Source: a virus. From it: DNA of 64,000 nucleotides. Positions 1-9,882 of the stretch are shown piece after piece. Below the pieces are notes generated by a model. That model was given only the letters and a program-made list of their open reading frames with translations, made no database searches and was not told the origin of the DNA. Every line of letters begins with the position of its first letter. Position 1 is the stretch's first letter. The DNA is taken from IMG/VR virus record IMGVR_UViG_3300025842_000008, one strand, 5' to 3'. Both the position numbers and the translations under genes were made by a program.

Positions 1-1
1 A

Positions 2-886
2 TTAGATTTCTACTACCTTACAAGGGTCAAATTGATCATTTTCAGCACAAAGATAAGTATTATATTCTGATCCCTTTGATAAAAGTTCATCATTTTCGTA
101 ATGTTCCCTGAGTGCGTCCTTCGGTGATATAAACTTCTCTGGGTAACCTTGCGGATTGCATACAATACGAGTATACCCTTTATCATCAGAGGGTTCATCG
201 GGTTTACTCCAATTACCCCCAACTTTATAATCAAAAGAATCATGGGTATGACCATGAATCCACAGTTCAGGGCGGTATTCTTGAATAAGGTCTTCCCATG
301 CGTTATAAAAACACACATTCAATGCTGAACCTTGAAATTTAGAGCTAATACTACCCCTGTGAGGAAAGTGGTGAGTGACTATAACCCTTTTCATGTCAGG
401 GAAAGTATCTCTATAGAAGTATAATTTACTGTCAATGAATGTTTTTGATTTCTGACCCCACCACACACCATCACCGTTATCCATAAGATCATATATCATA
501 CGGAAGTCGTTTAATCCATACTTTACGGTCATACCAAGAGTACCACCTGAACCATCCCACCATCCGGTAGTACCAACGAAGATGATGCCACCAATAACAA
601 TATCACGTTCGATTAAAATGTTTAAATTACCACCGCTTACAGACATTAACTCAGGATCAAGTGTTTTTCTTGAGGTTCCATAAAATTCGTGGTTACCAGC
701 AACAAATATGATCTGTTTATGGCTACAATCCTTTTTGATTTTTTTGAGAACCGATATAATTGAATTGGATGATGCAATATCCCCTGCCAATACTAATACA
801 TCAGCAGGGGTATCAACCATCTTGTCATAATTTTTCTGAATTAATCCAAATTCTGCATGGATATCGCTAACTACCTGAATTTTCAT
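2..886 (-). CDS. Calcineurin-like metallophosphoesterase
   Basis: SDIH, GDIA, AGNHEFY, THH and HGHTH motifs, then CNPQGY. Confidence 0.9.
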   Translation of the reverse strand: MKIQVVSDIHAEFGLIQKNYDKMVDTPADVLVLAGDIASSNSIISVLKKIKKDCSHKQIIFVAGNHEFYGTSRKTLDPELMSVSGGNLNILIERDIVIGGIIFVGTTGWWDGSGGTLGMTVKYGLNDFRMIYDLMDNGDGVWWGQKSKTFIDSKLYFYRDTFPDMKRVIVTHHFPHRGSISSKFQGSALNVCFYNAWEDLIQEYRPELWIHGHTHDSFDYKVGGNWSKPDEPSDDKGYTRIVCNPQGYPEKFISPKDALREHYENDELLSKGSEYNTYLCAENDQFDPCKVVEI

Positions 887-1172
887 ACAATTTCCTTATC
901 TGTTTAATACCCGCTTCCATCTTCTGACGGGCAGAGGGGTTTGCGGAGTGAATCATAATGATAGGCGGCTTGAAGTCGTTCAACACAACATTTTCTTCAA
1001 TCCATAGAATAACATCATAACCCGTACCTATCAATTCATCGTCACCCAAATCATGGTCTAAACTTAAATGTGTAACTAAACCCATTTCAAGGATGCCGAT
1101 GGTCTGAGTCGGGTCATAGGTACGAAACCACCCATCTGGGGTAACTCTTTCATCATCAAGAAATACTTTCAT
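867..1172 (-). CDS. Cyclic-phosphate-processing receiver-like domain protein
   Basis: VFLDDER, SLDHDLG, G-D and IHSANP pattern typical of this phage family. Confidence 0.7.
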   Translation of the reverse strand: MKVFLDDERVTPDGWFRTYDPTQTIGILEMGLVTHLSLDHDLGDDELIGTGYDVILWIEENVVLNDFKPPIIMIHSANPSARQKMEAGIKQIRKLYENSGS

Positions 1173-1187
1173 AATATTCCATTTCCT

Positions 1188-1352
1188 TTAATTGAGAAGG
1201 TGAGCGACCAGACTCTTATGCTGATAAAAGTCAACAAACTTGCCATAGAAAATCTTTGCTGATCTACCGTCTCGTTTTACTACAAGTTTAGAATTAGGAT
1301 CAAGTTTTTGCGCTTCAACTAATTTTTCTTTATAAAAATTTAAAAATATTAT
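1188..1352 (-). CDS. Small hypothetical protein (54 aa, apparent ATA start)
   Basis: Read by hand: AGGAG then ATA, open for 54 codons, fills the gap between neighbouring genes. Confidence 0.4.
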   Translation of the reverse strand: MIFLNFYKEKLVEAQKLDPNSKLVVKRDGRSAKIFYGKFVDFYQHKSLVAHLLN

Positions 1353-1385
1353 GAACTCCTATTCGCTAGAGACAAATAGACTATA

Positions 1386-1946
1386 TCACAGATGTTTGAA
1401 GACTTCAAGACTTTTTTTCACCATATAATACCCTTCCCCCCACTCTTTTAAATAACTAGGGCTTACGGATAAAACACATGGCACAATAACACCTTCTATT
1501 TTTGGTTTGATTGTGGTCGCATTCAACTCAACAATACCAGAAAACTGATTCGTTACATGCTCCATTGCCACATTACCCATGATTAACATCTTAGGTTTAT
1601 CCAAGGCATGTACAAACTCATTTAGCCAAAGTTTACATTTTTCTCGGTGAATTTTTGCGGGTGGCGACGTATGTATTTTTCCTCCACGTTTTGTTGGTTT
1701 TGTCATACACTGAGTTGTATATATAACAATAAATTCTTGTTTAGATAATCCAACTTCTTTGAATAATTTCCATAATTTATCCATGTAATCATGTGCATCA
1801 TGTCGGATAAAATCCAGTAGGAATATATTTTTTGCATACTCCCCGATATATGGTAACGTTTTATCGTTATCACATAAGGGACATTTTCTACACTGATGTA
1901 TTTTTTCTGTTATATGACGCAATTTCTCCGTCATCAATCCCACCAA
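1386..1946 (-). CDS. Uracil-DNA glycosylase family 4-like protein, divergent (likely start 1934)
   Basis: CRKCPL, TQC and EKC 4Fe-4S cysteine pattern, MGNVA, SPS; the GEAPG motif is missing. Confidence 0.7.
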   Translation of the reverse strand: MVGLMTEKLRHITEKIHQCRKCPLCDNDKTLPYIGEYAKNIFLLDFIRHDAHDYMDKLWKLFKEVGLSKQEFIVIYTTQCMTKPTKRGGKIHTSPPAKIHREKCKLWLNEFVHALDKPKMLIMGNVAMEHVTNQFSGIVELNATTIKPKIEGVIVPCVLSVSPSYLKEWGEGYYMVKKSLEVFKHL

Positions 1947-2566
1947 CTAAACAAGTACTTATTGATTATCTTTGTTACATATTCAAGGTCTTGTTTTTTC
2001 ATGTAATCACTGTGCATAATCAGTCTACGGCTAGCCTTAATTTCGTATTTCTCGTCGCTTTCGGTTTTGACATTCTCCCTTTCAGACAACATCTGACTAC
2101 ATTCAGTTCCATCATTTAATTTTTTCCATGAAATATTTAAGTTACCCCACTTTTTATTGTGATCCCTGAAAGCATTCTCATGATATTCGTCAGCCTGAAT
2201 TCTCTTGAGGATCAACACGGCAAGGTGGATATTGTCGGCGTCACGAACATTGTATAGATGGTTACCGTGATTACGGATGAGGTTTTCCATTCTCTCAAGT
2301 TTTTTGATGTTCATACTGACCCAATAGTGATAATCCCAATCACGATCATTCCAGATCAAATAGAAATAACTAATGAGATTTCCTACACCATATTTGACCT
2401 TATACCATGCAGTGCGTGGATTCCACCACCCCCATTTAAATTTGCGATAACAGTAGTAATATACATTTTCGAAGAAAGTTCCTTCAATCAAGTCCTCAAA
2501 TTTTTCAACAACATTATCCACAGATTTGCTTAACTTCGTCATCTTCATTTTGTTTTTCCCTTTCAA
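1934..2566 (-). CDS. Hypothetical phage protein
   Basis: 210 aa ORF in operon; RDWDY and KYLFSWWD motifs of the kind seen in large-phage hypotheticals. Confidence 0.7.
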   Translation of the reverse strand: MKGKNKMKMTKLSKSVDNVVEKFEDLIEGTFFENVYYYCYRKFKWGWWNPRTAWYKVKYGVGNLISYFYLIWNDRDWDYHYWVSMNIKKLERMENLIRNHGNHLYNVRDADNIHLAVLILKRIQADEYHENAFRDHNKKWGNLNISWKKLNDGTECSQMLSERENVKTESDEKYEIKASRRLIMHSDYMKKQDLEYVTKIINKYLFSWWD

Positions 2567-2741
2567 GGCATATTTGATATTGAGAAAATCCTATGACTCT
2601 CCAACCATCTTCGGCTAATTCGTTTAATATTAACTCACATCCCCCAAAATTAGGGGGGTTTTCCACAACTTTATACTCTATCATTCTTTATATCCACTCC
2701 TTTAATGAGTTTTTAATCAATGTTTAATTCATGAAATGTCA

Positions 2742-3098
2742 TTATGGTTCTTTTATAGAAAAAGGTACTTTCAGTGTTTTATCGAGTATTTCCTCAAAAA
2801 TAGCAGATCTTGTTATTCCTTGGATTTTATAAACCAAAACTCCATACACAAAAAATAACACAGACGGCAAGACCATTACATTAAATGATCGCTTAAAACT
2901 TAGACTTTTATCATTGTTCATTTGATAATACTTGATTTCAGTGTCATTGTAAACACTTAAATTGTCGGAAACTTTCTGAAAATGAGGTGCGTAAAATTTA
3001 CATGGACCACACCATGAAGCATAACATTTAACCACTGCAATCCTTTCTTTGTCAAGTATTTCTTTCCATTTTTCGGCATTTAATTCAGTTACCATCAA
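2742..3098 (-). CDS. trxA: Thioredoxin
   Basis: ASWCGPCK active site and cis-Pro LPS motif. Confidence 0.9.
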   Translation of the reverse strand: MMVTELNAEKWKEILDKERIAVVKCYASWCGPCKFYAPHFQKVSDNLSVYNDTEIKYYQMNNDKSLSFKRSFNVMVLPSVLFFVYGVLVYKIQGITRSAIFEEILDKTLKVPFSIKEP

Positions 3099-3713
3099 TC
3101 ACTCCTTATATACTTTTTTATATCATTACATGTGATACATGACCCACAGGTCACCCAATCAAATTTATTATTTTGTTTTGGTGTTCTGCACGACCATGTA
3201 TAATTTCTTAACTCCTCGGGCAACATATCCCATATATCCTGCTTGGTCATGTCTATAACAGGATAAAGATATTCAGGTTTTTGTTTGGAAGATTCTCCAT
3301 AAGAAGCATGGAATATCTCTCTAGCTCTCTTAATACGACCTGTCATATTCGAGTGATTCATATCATCATCTGTTTTTGTTCTACCCATAACAATATAGTT
3401 GTAGCTTCTTGGTGAGCATCTAGTGATCTGTCCTGCCATAAATGCACATATATCAGAATCCCATATAAAACAATTTGACATAAATTTATATTCATGAACA
3501 CTTCGTGTAAACTTAAATTTATATCCTTTGTCAATGAACCATTTTTTTGATATTCATCGTTGCCTGAAATTCTGCACCACTCCTGTTTTCTATATTAGAT
3601 AGACCCATAGAATGCACGTGAATATTGTAATCTTTATACTCAGATTGGGTTAACAATGAGTATAAAGCTCCTGTGCTATCCAGTCCACCAGAAAACATAC
3701 ATAAAATATTCAT
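3095..3713 (-). pseudogene. QueC-like PP-loop ATP pyrophosphatase split by a 1-nt frameshift
   Basis: N-half has SGGLDS; C-half has WSC..CGSCITC. Removing one A from the A7 run (3542-3548) gives a continuous frame NIKKWFIDKGYKFKFTRSVHEYKFMSNCF. Confidence 0.8.
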
Positions 3714-4214
3714 TTAAAACTCCCAAATTATCATTCTACATCCATCTTGTGTCTTGAAATTTAGACTAGAATCTGGAAACACTGTCGGAAAATAAGTGGC
3801 ATATTTCATACCGGGTAATCTTTTCGTAAAAACTCTTGTTACAAACCGTTTACAGTGAGGTCTAACCACATCAACTAACTCCATCCCTGCAAGATTTATA
3901 ACACCATCCCCTATAATTGTACTATAAAGCCCCTGTATATCAAACCAGTCGCCATATTCCCCGCGAATCGGATGAAGATCTATTGTTTTTGCGGCAAACC
4001 CCATTAATGACTTGGTTTCTCCCAACAATAAAACATTACCCCCCGCGATTCCATGACTAGTTAATTCACTATACAGGGAAATCTCATAACTATTCGGTGA
4101 CAGTGGCGGTTGTAGATTTTGCCAATGTTCTAAATCTTCTTGAATCTTATACATATAAAATAACCTGTTCCTCTTGTGACGTTTGCAGAGTGGGGTACTC
4201 CTGCTGGTATCCAA
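3714..4214 (-). CDS. Hypothetical protein, truncated SAM-methyltransferase-like fold (likely start 4154)
   Basis: VLLLGET, IDL and IIGDGVIN resemble class I MTase motifs; weak. Confidence 0.45.
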   Translation of the reverse strand: MDTSRSTPLCKRHKRNRLFYMYKIQEDLEHWQNLQPPLSPNSYEISLYSELTSHGIAGGNVLLLGETKSLMGFAAKTIDLHPIRGEYGDWFDIQGLYSTIIGDGVINLAGMELVDVVRPHCKRFVTRVFTKRLPGMKYATYFPTVFPDSSLNFKTQDGCRMIIWEF

Positions 4215-4549
4215 ACTGCAGTTCTACTATTAACTCTTTGATAATCAGACCCTACTAATAGTTCAAATTCCACATCACCTAAAATTATATTCAGTTCATC
4301 TTCACCTTCATGTTCATGCACATCACAATAAACATCAAAATTATCATTAGCATTTATCTCATGTACTGCTAGATGGATAGGTAATTTGTCTGTTGTATAT
4401 CGTTTAATACAATCAGGTATTATATGATTATCTATTAAATTTTCACCAAGTTCTAATGTCTCAATCATCTCTCTTATTCCTATGTGGAAATGGTGTATTA
4501 GGAATATCTTTCCCAATGAATGGGCAAAGTTTATCCCAACCATCACCAT
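4130..4549 (-). CDS. Cupin-domain protein (likely start 4468)
   Basis: H-E-H..EDE and WIPAGVPH cupin motifs. Confidence 0.8.
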   Translation of the reverse strand: MVMVGINFAHSLGKIFLIHHFHIGIREMIETLELGENLIDNHIIPDCIKRYTTDKLPIHLAVHEINANDNFDVYCDVHEHEGEDELNIILGDVEFELLVGSDYQRVNSRTAVWIPAGVPHSANVTRGTGYFICIRFKKI

Positions 4550-4982
4550 GTTCTATAACATTCATATATAATACATCTTGTGGTCTGCCTTTGAAGTATT
4601 CCGCTATACCTGAGTAATGTTTTTCTTTTACCTTCAACATATGTTCATCTGTAAACTCAAGTTGACCCCATAAACCCATAGTATAAATATCTCTGTAATA
4701 AGGAAATCTCCTCTTTTCTTGCTGCGCTCTGTTTGAGGAAATCCATTCTTTTTCGTCTTCTCTGGTTGTAACAATAAATTTTGAATTAGGGAACATAGCA
4801 CCCCATTTTCTGTAATCATACATAAATGGACAATCGCACCCAAAATCTATCTTGACTCGCCCCATTCTCAACATACTAACATTGTTTGGATGGGGATATT
4901 GCCAGCCTTCAAGACCCAACTCCCTCATGGCATGAGATAGTGATGTTAACCCTGTTTTATGTATGCCTATAACAAATATCAT
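4461..4982 (-). CDS. Sulfotransferase family protein
   Basis: N-terminal IGIHKTGLTSL PAPS-binding loop, KFIVTTR..W..S, GWDKLCPFIG..P..PFPH-N. Confidence 0.85.
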   Translation of the reverse strand: MIFVIGIHKTGLTSLSHAMRELGLEGWQYPHPNNVSMLRMGRVKIDFGCDCPFMYDYRKWGAMFPNSKFIVTTREDEKEWISSNRAQQEKRRFPYYRDIYTMGLWGQLEFTDEHMLKVKEKHYSGIAEYFKGRPQDVLYMNVIEHGDGWDKLCPFIGKDIPNTPFPHRNKRDD

Positions 4983-6415
4983 TCTCTCCTTCTTCTCCCT
5001 TGATGTTGCTGCGATTCTGGTTGAGGGGATATCATCCTATCATCTCCAGAAATATCTACGTCTTGCATCCATTGTTCCATTTCAGACGAACAATACATTT
5101 TCATTGAACGAGCATCATAATAAAATTTGTCCATTTCACCTACTCTACCCCCAAGACGGTTTTTGACTATTTTATAATGAACCTCGTTGTTGTATACCAT
5201 ATGTTCGTCATTAGAACCCATAATCATCATAAAATCAGCAGTAGCAGGAACACCCATTGACTCAGCAATGCTATTCATATCAACATCATCAAAATTCATA
5301 AAAGTACCAGCACGATTTAACTGACTTACTGAAATCATTGGGATATCAAACTCAAATCCCATGGCGCGAGTTTCTTCTGCAATACTTTTAACTGAACTGT
5401 AGGTATTATCTGATTTACCGACTTCGGTAGATGCCATAAGATTAAGATAGTCAAAGAAAAACCCGTCTAATTGAACACCCCTCATCTTCAATTCACGAAC
5501 CCATTTCCTGAAATCATTCACTGACGCTTTACCTGTAGGAAACGCTTTAATATGAAGATCGCCTCGACCCGGTAAATCTTTAATTTCACGCAATCTTCCA
5601 ACCAATCTTTGCTTCAATCTACGGTTGAAATAAAATCTATTTATATCTAATAATGAATAAATACCATCGAATCGTTGAGCAAACATATCCTCGGACATTT
5701 CAAGTGAGGCAAGAGCAATGTTTTTGCCATTTAAAACCTGTCGGGCTATCATATTCGCCATAACATTTGATTTAAATCCGTGGATTTTAGCAACAAACAC
5801 ACTTAGCGTTTTAGGCGGGAAACCCCCATTAATAAACTCATCAAATACCGGAAAATAGGTCTTAAGTCGTTGGTTTTCATCCGTAAACATTCGTGTTAGT
5901 CGTGGACCTATATCCCTGAAATAGTTTAGTCCGATATCAATATTTATTGATCGACATAATGCTTCTTCGACCATTTTCCTGATATCGTGAGTATCTCCAC
6001 GACTATCAATGACATCAACCGATTTTCTAATCGCATCCTTAATTGCTTTGTCTTTTAGATATAGATCAGTCTGTGTCATTAACCAATCACGGTTTTGTGG
6101 AATATTTATGTCAGTGTTATTAGTGTGATTCAGGTATGTTTCAAGAGAACTTCTTGAATCCAAGGGAATACTGTTTATGACAATACTACGAGTAGGAATC
6201 TCATTATATTCCGCGAAATAGCTTTTTGTGAAAGTGAACAAAGACTTCACATCAGGAGAGTCGAAGTAATTTTCTTCAAAAACATTAGTGATGGTTGCAA
6301 CAAAGTCTTTGTCTTCCATCAAAGCTTTAGCTATAACCATTTCGAGATATTGGGGATCTGTTGTTAATTCTGACAAAGCGTTTACTCCACAGTTTTTTAG
6401 CATACTATCACACAA
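4979..6415 (-). CDS. gp41: T4 gp41-like replicative DnaB helicase
   Basis: SLEMSE, DYLNLM, SQLNR, ESMG..ATAD and KNRLG motifs; 478 aa. Confidence 0.92.
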   Translation of the reverse strand: MCDSMLKNCGVNALSELTTDPQYLEMVIAKALMEDKDFVATITNVFEENYFDSPDVKSLFTFTKSYFAEYNEIPTRSIVINSIPLDSRSSLETYLNHTNNTDINIPQNRDWLMTQTDLYLKDKAIKDAIRKSVDVIDSRGDTHDIRKMVEEALCRSINIDIGLNYFRDIGPRLTRMFTDENQRLKTYFPVFDEFINGGFPPKTLSVFVAKIHGFKSNVMANMIARQVLNGKNIALASLEMSEDMFAQRFDGIYSLLDINRFYFNRRLKQRLVGRLREIKDLPGRGDLHIKAFPTGKASVNDFRKWVRELKMRGVQLDGFFFDYLNLMASTEVGKSDNTYSSVKSIAEETRAMGFEFDIPMISVSQLNRAGTFMNFDDVDMNSIAESMGVPATADFMMIMGSNDEHMVYNNEVHYKIVKNRLGGRVGEMDKFYYDARSMKMYCSSEMEQWMQDVDISGDDRMISPQPESQQHQGRRRRE

Positions 6416-6599
6416 AAGCAGCTATGTCATCTTACAGGTTCATAACTTTTATAACCTCTATACCCCAAAAATTTTTCATTTTATTTCACTACTTTATATT
6501 TACTATTTATACTAAATATGGTACATTGTGTCAATGACAATGGAATAGTTCTTATGGAATTTTTGGAAGTAACCCCGGCTACACTGATCAAATGAAATC

Positions 6600-7136
6600 T
6601 TGATGTTTACGTCCATTTCAAAAAAAAAAAAAAATAAAGGATTTGTTTATTATATGACAGATTACACTCACATGTTAAGTGTTTATAACGAGGAAACTAA
6701 AGCAGTCCTCAATAAAATACGTGAAGAATTGAACGAGGATAGTATATTTAAAAAGTTGGAAGAGGAATATAATGTATATGATCTTCTTACTTTTAATGAA
6801 TTTAATATTCAAGAAAGATTACAACGTCTATCGTTCCACATGAAAGACTTTCGCCTCAAATTTTTGCAAGAACAGTCCAAGTTATCTACCGTCGAAGACC
6901 GTTTGGCACAGATGATCGGTGATAAATATATATCATTGAAAGACGGTGCGGTCACTTTAACAAAAACTGAAATAGAACGATATTATTTACCTAAAGATCC
7001 TGATCTGATAAAATTAAAAGGTTTGGTCAGAAAGCAGGAAATGAGGGTTAAATATTTCGAGACTATTTGGCAAGCAATGGATAAATTACAATGGAATATG
7101 AAATTATTCTGTGAGAACGGTAAAGGCGGTTATTGA
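6600..7136 (+). CDS. uvsY: UvsY-like recombination mediator (likely start 6654)
   Basis: Helical protein directly upstream of uvsW; YYLPKDPDL..WNMK..GGY resembles the UvsY C-terminus. Confidence 0.7.
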   Translation: MMFTSISKKKKNKGFVYYMTDYTHMLSVYNEETKAVLNKIREELNEDSIFKKLEEEYNVYDLLTFNEFNIQERLQRLSFHMKDFRLKFLQEQSKLSTVEDRLAQMIGDKYISLKDGAVTLTKTEIERYYLPKDPDLIKLKGLVRKQEMRVKYFETIWQAMDKLQWNMKLFCENGKGGY

Positions 7137-7139
7137 TTA

Positions 7140-8093
7140 GTGGTTAATTTAGAATTACATGATCCTCTTCATATCAGAATCGATACAGAAAATTGGACAT
7201 ATCTCACCGAAGTAAAAGAATATTTCCGTCATTACGTTGACGGTTATAAGTTTATGTTACAATATAAGTGCGGAAGCTGGGATGGTAAAGTTGGTCTTAT
7301 GGACTCCGTGAAGAGGACTATACCTTATGGTCTACTATTAGAGTTAATTAAGTATCATAAGAAAGAATGGTCAGAATTACCTTATACACTTTCATCCGAA
7401 GTAAAGTCTTTATTTGTCGGAATCAAACCCGAATATCACAAAAACTTAAAATTTCAACCATATAACTATCAAGATGATTGTATCTCTGCGTGTCTTAAGA
7501 CAGGTAAAGGCATCATCAGGTCTGCAACGGCCAGTGGTAAAAGTTTAATGATATCATATGTTGTTAAAGCACTACAAGAAAAGAATTTAACAAAAAACGG
7601 TATAATTATTGTGCCTTCTGTTGGTCTGGTCACTCAGTTCTATGGTGATATGAAAGAATATGGAGTGGATATGTCTACTGTTGGGCGTGTTGGTGATAAG
7701 TGGAAGGAATGGAACAACCCTTTAATTATCAGTACTTGGCAGTCACTAAACAATGTAAAACACTATATGGAACATATGGATATGGTTATTGTGGATGAGT
7801 GTGTTGATGGCGATACTCTCATAAAAACCGACAATGGCTATAAAAAGATAAAAGATTTGGTTATAGGGGACATCGTTATTTCGTATAACACCGAAACTAA
7901 TGAATATGAACAAGATATAATTGAAGATGTATACGAAAACATGACTATATCATCTAACGAGAGAATGTATGAGTTAGAATTTGATGGTGGTGAAATATTA
8001 AGAGTTACAGGTAATCATAAAATACTTACCGATAAAGGTTATATCAGGGCAGATGAGTTAACTTGTGAACATGATGTTATAGGGTTTGAATAA
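7140..8093 (+). CDS. uvsW: UvsW helicase fragment 1 fused to the N-half of a split intein (intein 7800-8093)
   Basis: ATASGKS Walker A; IVDE|CVDGDT intein block A; VTGNH block B; stop after the intein N-half. Confidence 0.92.
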   Translation: MVNLELHDPLHIRIDTENWTYLTEVKEYFRHYVDGYKFMLQYKCGSWDGKVGLMDSVKRTIPYGLLLELIKYHKKEWSELPYTLSSEVKSLFVGIKPEYHKNLKFQPYNYQDDCISACLKTGKGIIRSATASGKSLMISYVVKALQEKNLTKNGIIIVPSVGLVTQFYGDMKEYGVDMSTVGRVGDKWKEWNNPLIISTWQSLNNVKHYMEHMDMVIVDECVDGDTLIKTDNGYKKIKDLVIGDIVISYNTETNEYEQDIIEDVYENMTISSNERMYELEFDGGEILRVTGNHKILTDKGYIRADELTCEHDVIGFE

Positions 8094-8098
8094 AAAAA

Positions 8099-8106
8099 TA
8101 TAAATA
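8099..8106 (+). promoter_or_regulatory. T4-type late promoter for the endonuclease
   Basis: Exact TATAAATA 34 nt upstream of the ATG. Confidence 0.75.
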
Positions 8107-8139
8107 CCTATAAGTTCACATCACAAGAGGGTATGTATT

Positions 8140-9072
8140 ATGAGAAACAACGAAATATCAAGACATAACAACCATAGAAACAAACTAAACGATGTATTAG
8201 AAAAAAATAATCAATTACTCAGAGTAAAGAACTACAGCCCAACGAAATCTGTATTGTCTAATGGTCTTGTTATTGAAAGAAGAAACGATGTAATTACTCT
8301 TAACAGAAGAATATTAAAATCGCCATATGTAACCATGTTTGATTTATTATATAACATAGACTCTAATATAAGGGAAAAATATTATAGACAAATGAAGCAT
8401 GATATTGCAAAAAAGGGCGGTCTTGGTTGTCAGGACAAACATGGTGATAAGATACGTAACAACTTAAACACTGGTAACCCTTGGAATAAAGACATACAAA
8501 CAGGATTATCTCCTTGGAATAAAGGACTAACAAAAGAAGATGATGACCGTTTGTTAAAACTTTCTTGTGATAGGATGGGTGAAGGCAACCCTTCATTTGG
8601 TGTTATACCTACAAAAGAGCAAAGATATAAACAATCTGTTTCTGTTAAAAAGTTGATTATGAATGGAGATTTTACACCAAATATTCATAATTCACATACA
8701 CATTGGCAAGTATATTATAACAATAAAAAATATAGATCGTCATGGGAAGCATTCTTTCACCACTTCAATCAAGATTATGAATACGAAACCTTGAGAATAC
8801 CGTATAATATTGAAGGCAAAGATAAGATATATATCGTGGATTTTGTTAATCATAACACAAAACACATTGTAGAACTAAAACCAATGTGTAGAGTTAATGG
8901 GAAGGTAGAACGTACCAAAGAAGAGTGTTTGTCTGAATGGTGTTATCTTAACGGATACACTTATGACATTTTAACAGAAGAATATATAACAGATAACATT
9001 CATCGTCTCGCTGATGGTGTGTTTGATGAAGAAACCACAAGGAAATTAAATGCGACTCGTAAAAAGAACTGA
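8140..9072 (+). mobile_element. Free-standing homing endonuclease (PD-(D/E)xK, TnsA-like) between the split intein halves
   Basis: YRSSWE..YETLRIPY..YIVDF..IVELKP nuclease core; NUMOD-like PWNKG repeats. Confidence 0.85.
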
Positions 9073-9853
9073 AATTGAAAAACCTGATAAGGTATACAAT
9101 CTCCATGTAAAAAATAATAACAATTATATCGCCAATGATATAGTTGTATCCAATTGTCATGGCTGCAAAGCAATCGTATTAAATGAATTGTTACAAATGT
9201 GTCCTAATGCAAGATGGAGATTTGGTTTTACTGGTACAATGCCCTCTCAACAGTTGGATTGTCTACAAGTTCAATCCTATCTCGGTCCGGTATTACGTGA
9301 ATATGGTGCCTCAAGATTAGCCAAGATGGGTTACGTTGCAGAAGCATTCATTAAAATGGTTCATATTGAATATAAAGTACCACCGAGAAGTAGTCATACA
9401 GGAAAAAAGGATATATGCTCTGATAATTCACATCGCCAAGGTCTAGCTAATTATAACGAAATAAAGGATATATGTTTTAATAATTCATATCGTCAGGGTC
9501 TAATCAAGGACATCATTAAGAATTCGGACGGTAATGTGTTGATTCTTGTAGGTAAGGTGTCGGATGAGGGTGAAACATTAAAGACGGTTTTAGAGGAAGA
9601 TGAGACCCTTAAAGATCATGAAATAAAGTTCTTAAGTGGTAAAGATTCTGCTACAAAAAGAGAAAGATGGCGTAAATGTATGGATGATCAGGGTGAAAAG
9701 GTGATTAAACTTTTTTTCGGTGAAACTGAGATACAAATTAGTCCTGATGAAAATATTCCTCTCACGGATGGCAGTTTCAAGAAAGCATCAGAAATCACCA
9801 TTGATGATGATATTGCTGACGATTGGATTACAAGTAATATTAGTAAAGATTGA
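9050..9853 (+). CDS. uvsW: Split intein C-half (9050-9154) fused to UvsW fragment 2, ending in a degenerate Hint-like tail
   Basis: VYNLHV..NYIANDIVVSN|CHG restores DECH; GFTGT motif III; ends before motifs V-VI. Confidence 0.9.
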   Translation: MRLVKRTEIEKPDKVYNLHVKNNNNYIANDIVVSNCHGCKAIVLNELLQMCPNARWRFGFTGTMPSQQLDCLQVQSYLGPVLREYGASRLAKMGYVAEAFIKMVHIEYKVPPRSSHTGKKDICSDNSHRQGLANYNEIKDICFNNSYRQGLIKDIIKNSDGNVLILVGKVSDEGETLKTVLEEDETLKDHEIKFLSGKDSATKRERWRKCMDDQGEKVIKLFFGETEIQISPDENIPLTDGSFKKASEITIDDDIADDWITSNISKD

Positions 9854-9882
9854 TTACGAATATAAGGTGTGACACATAATAA

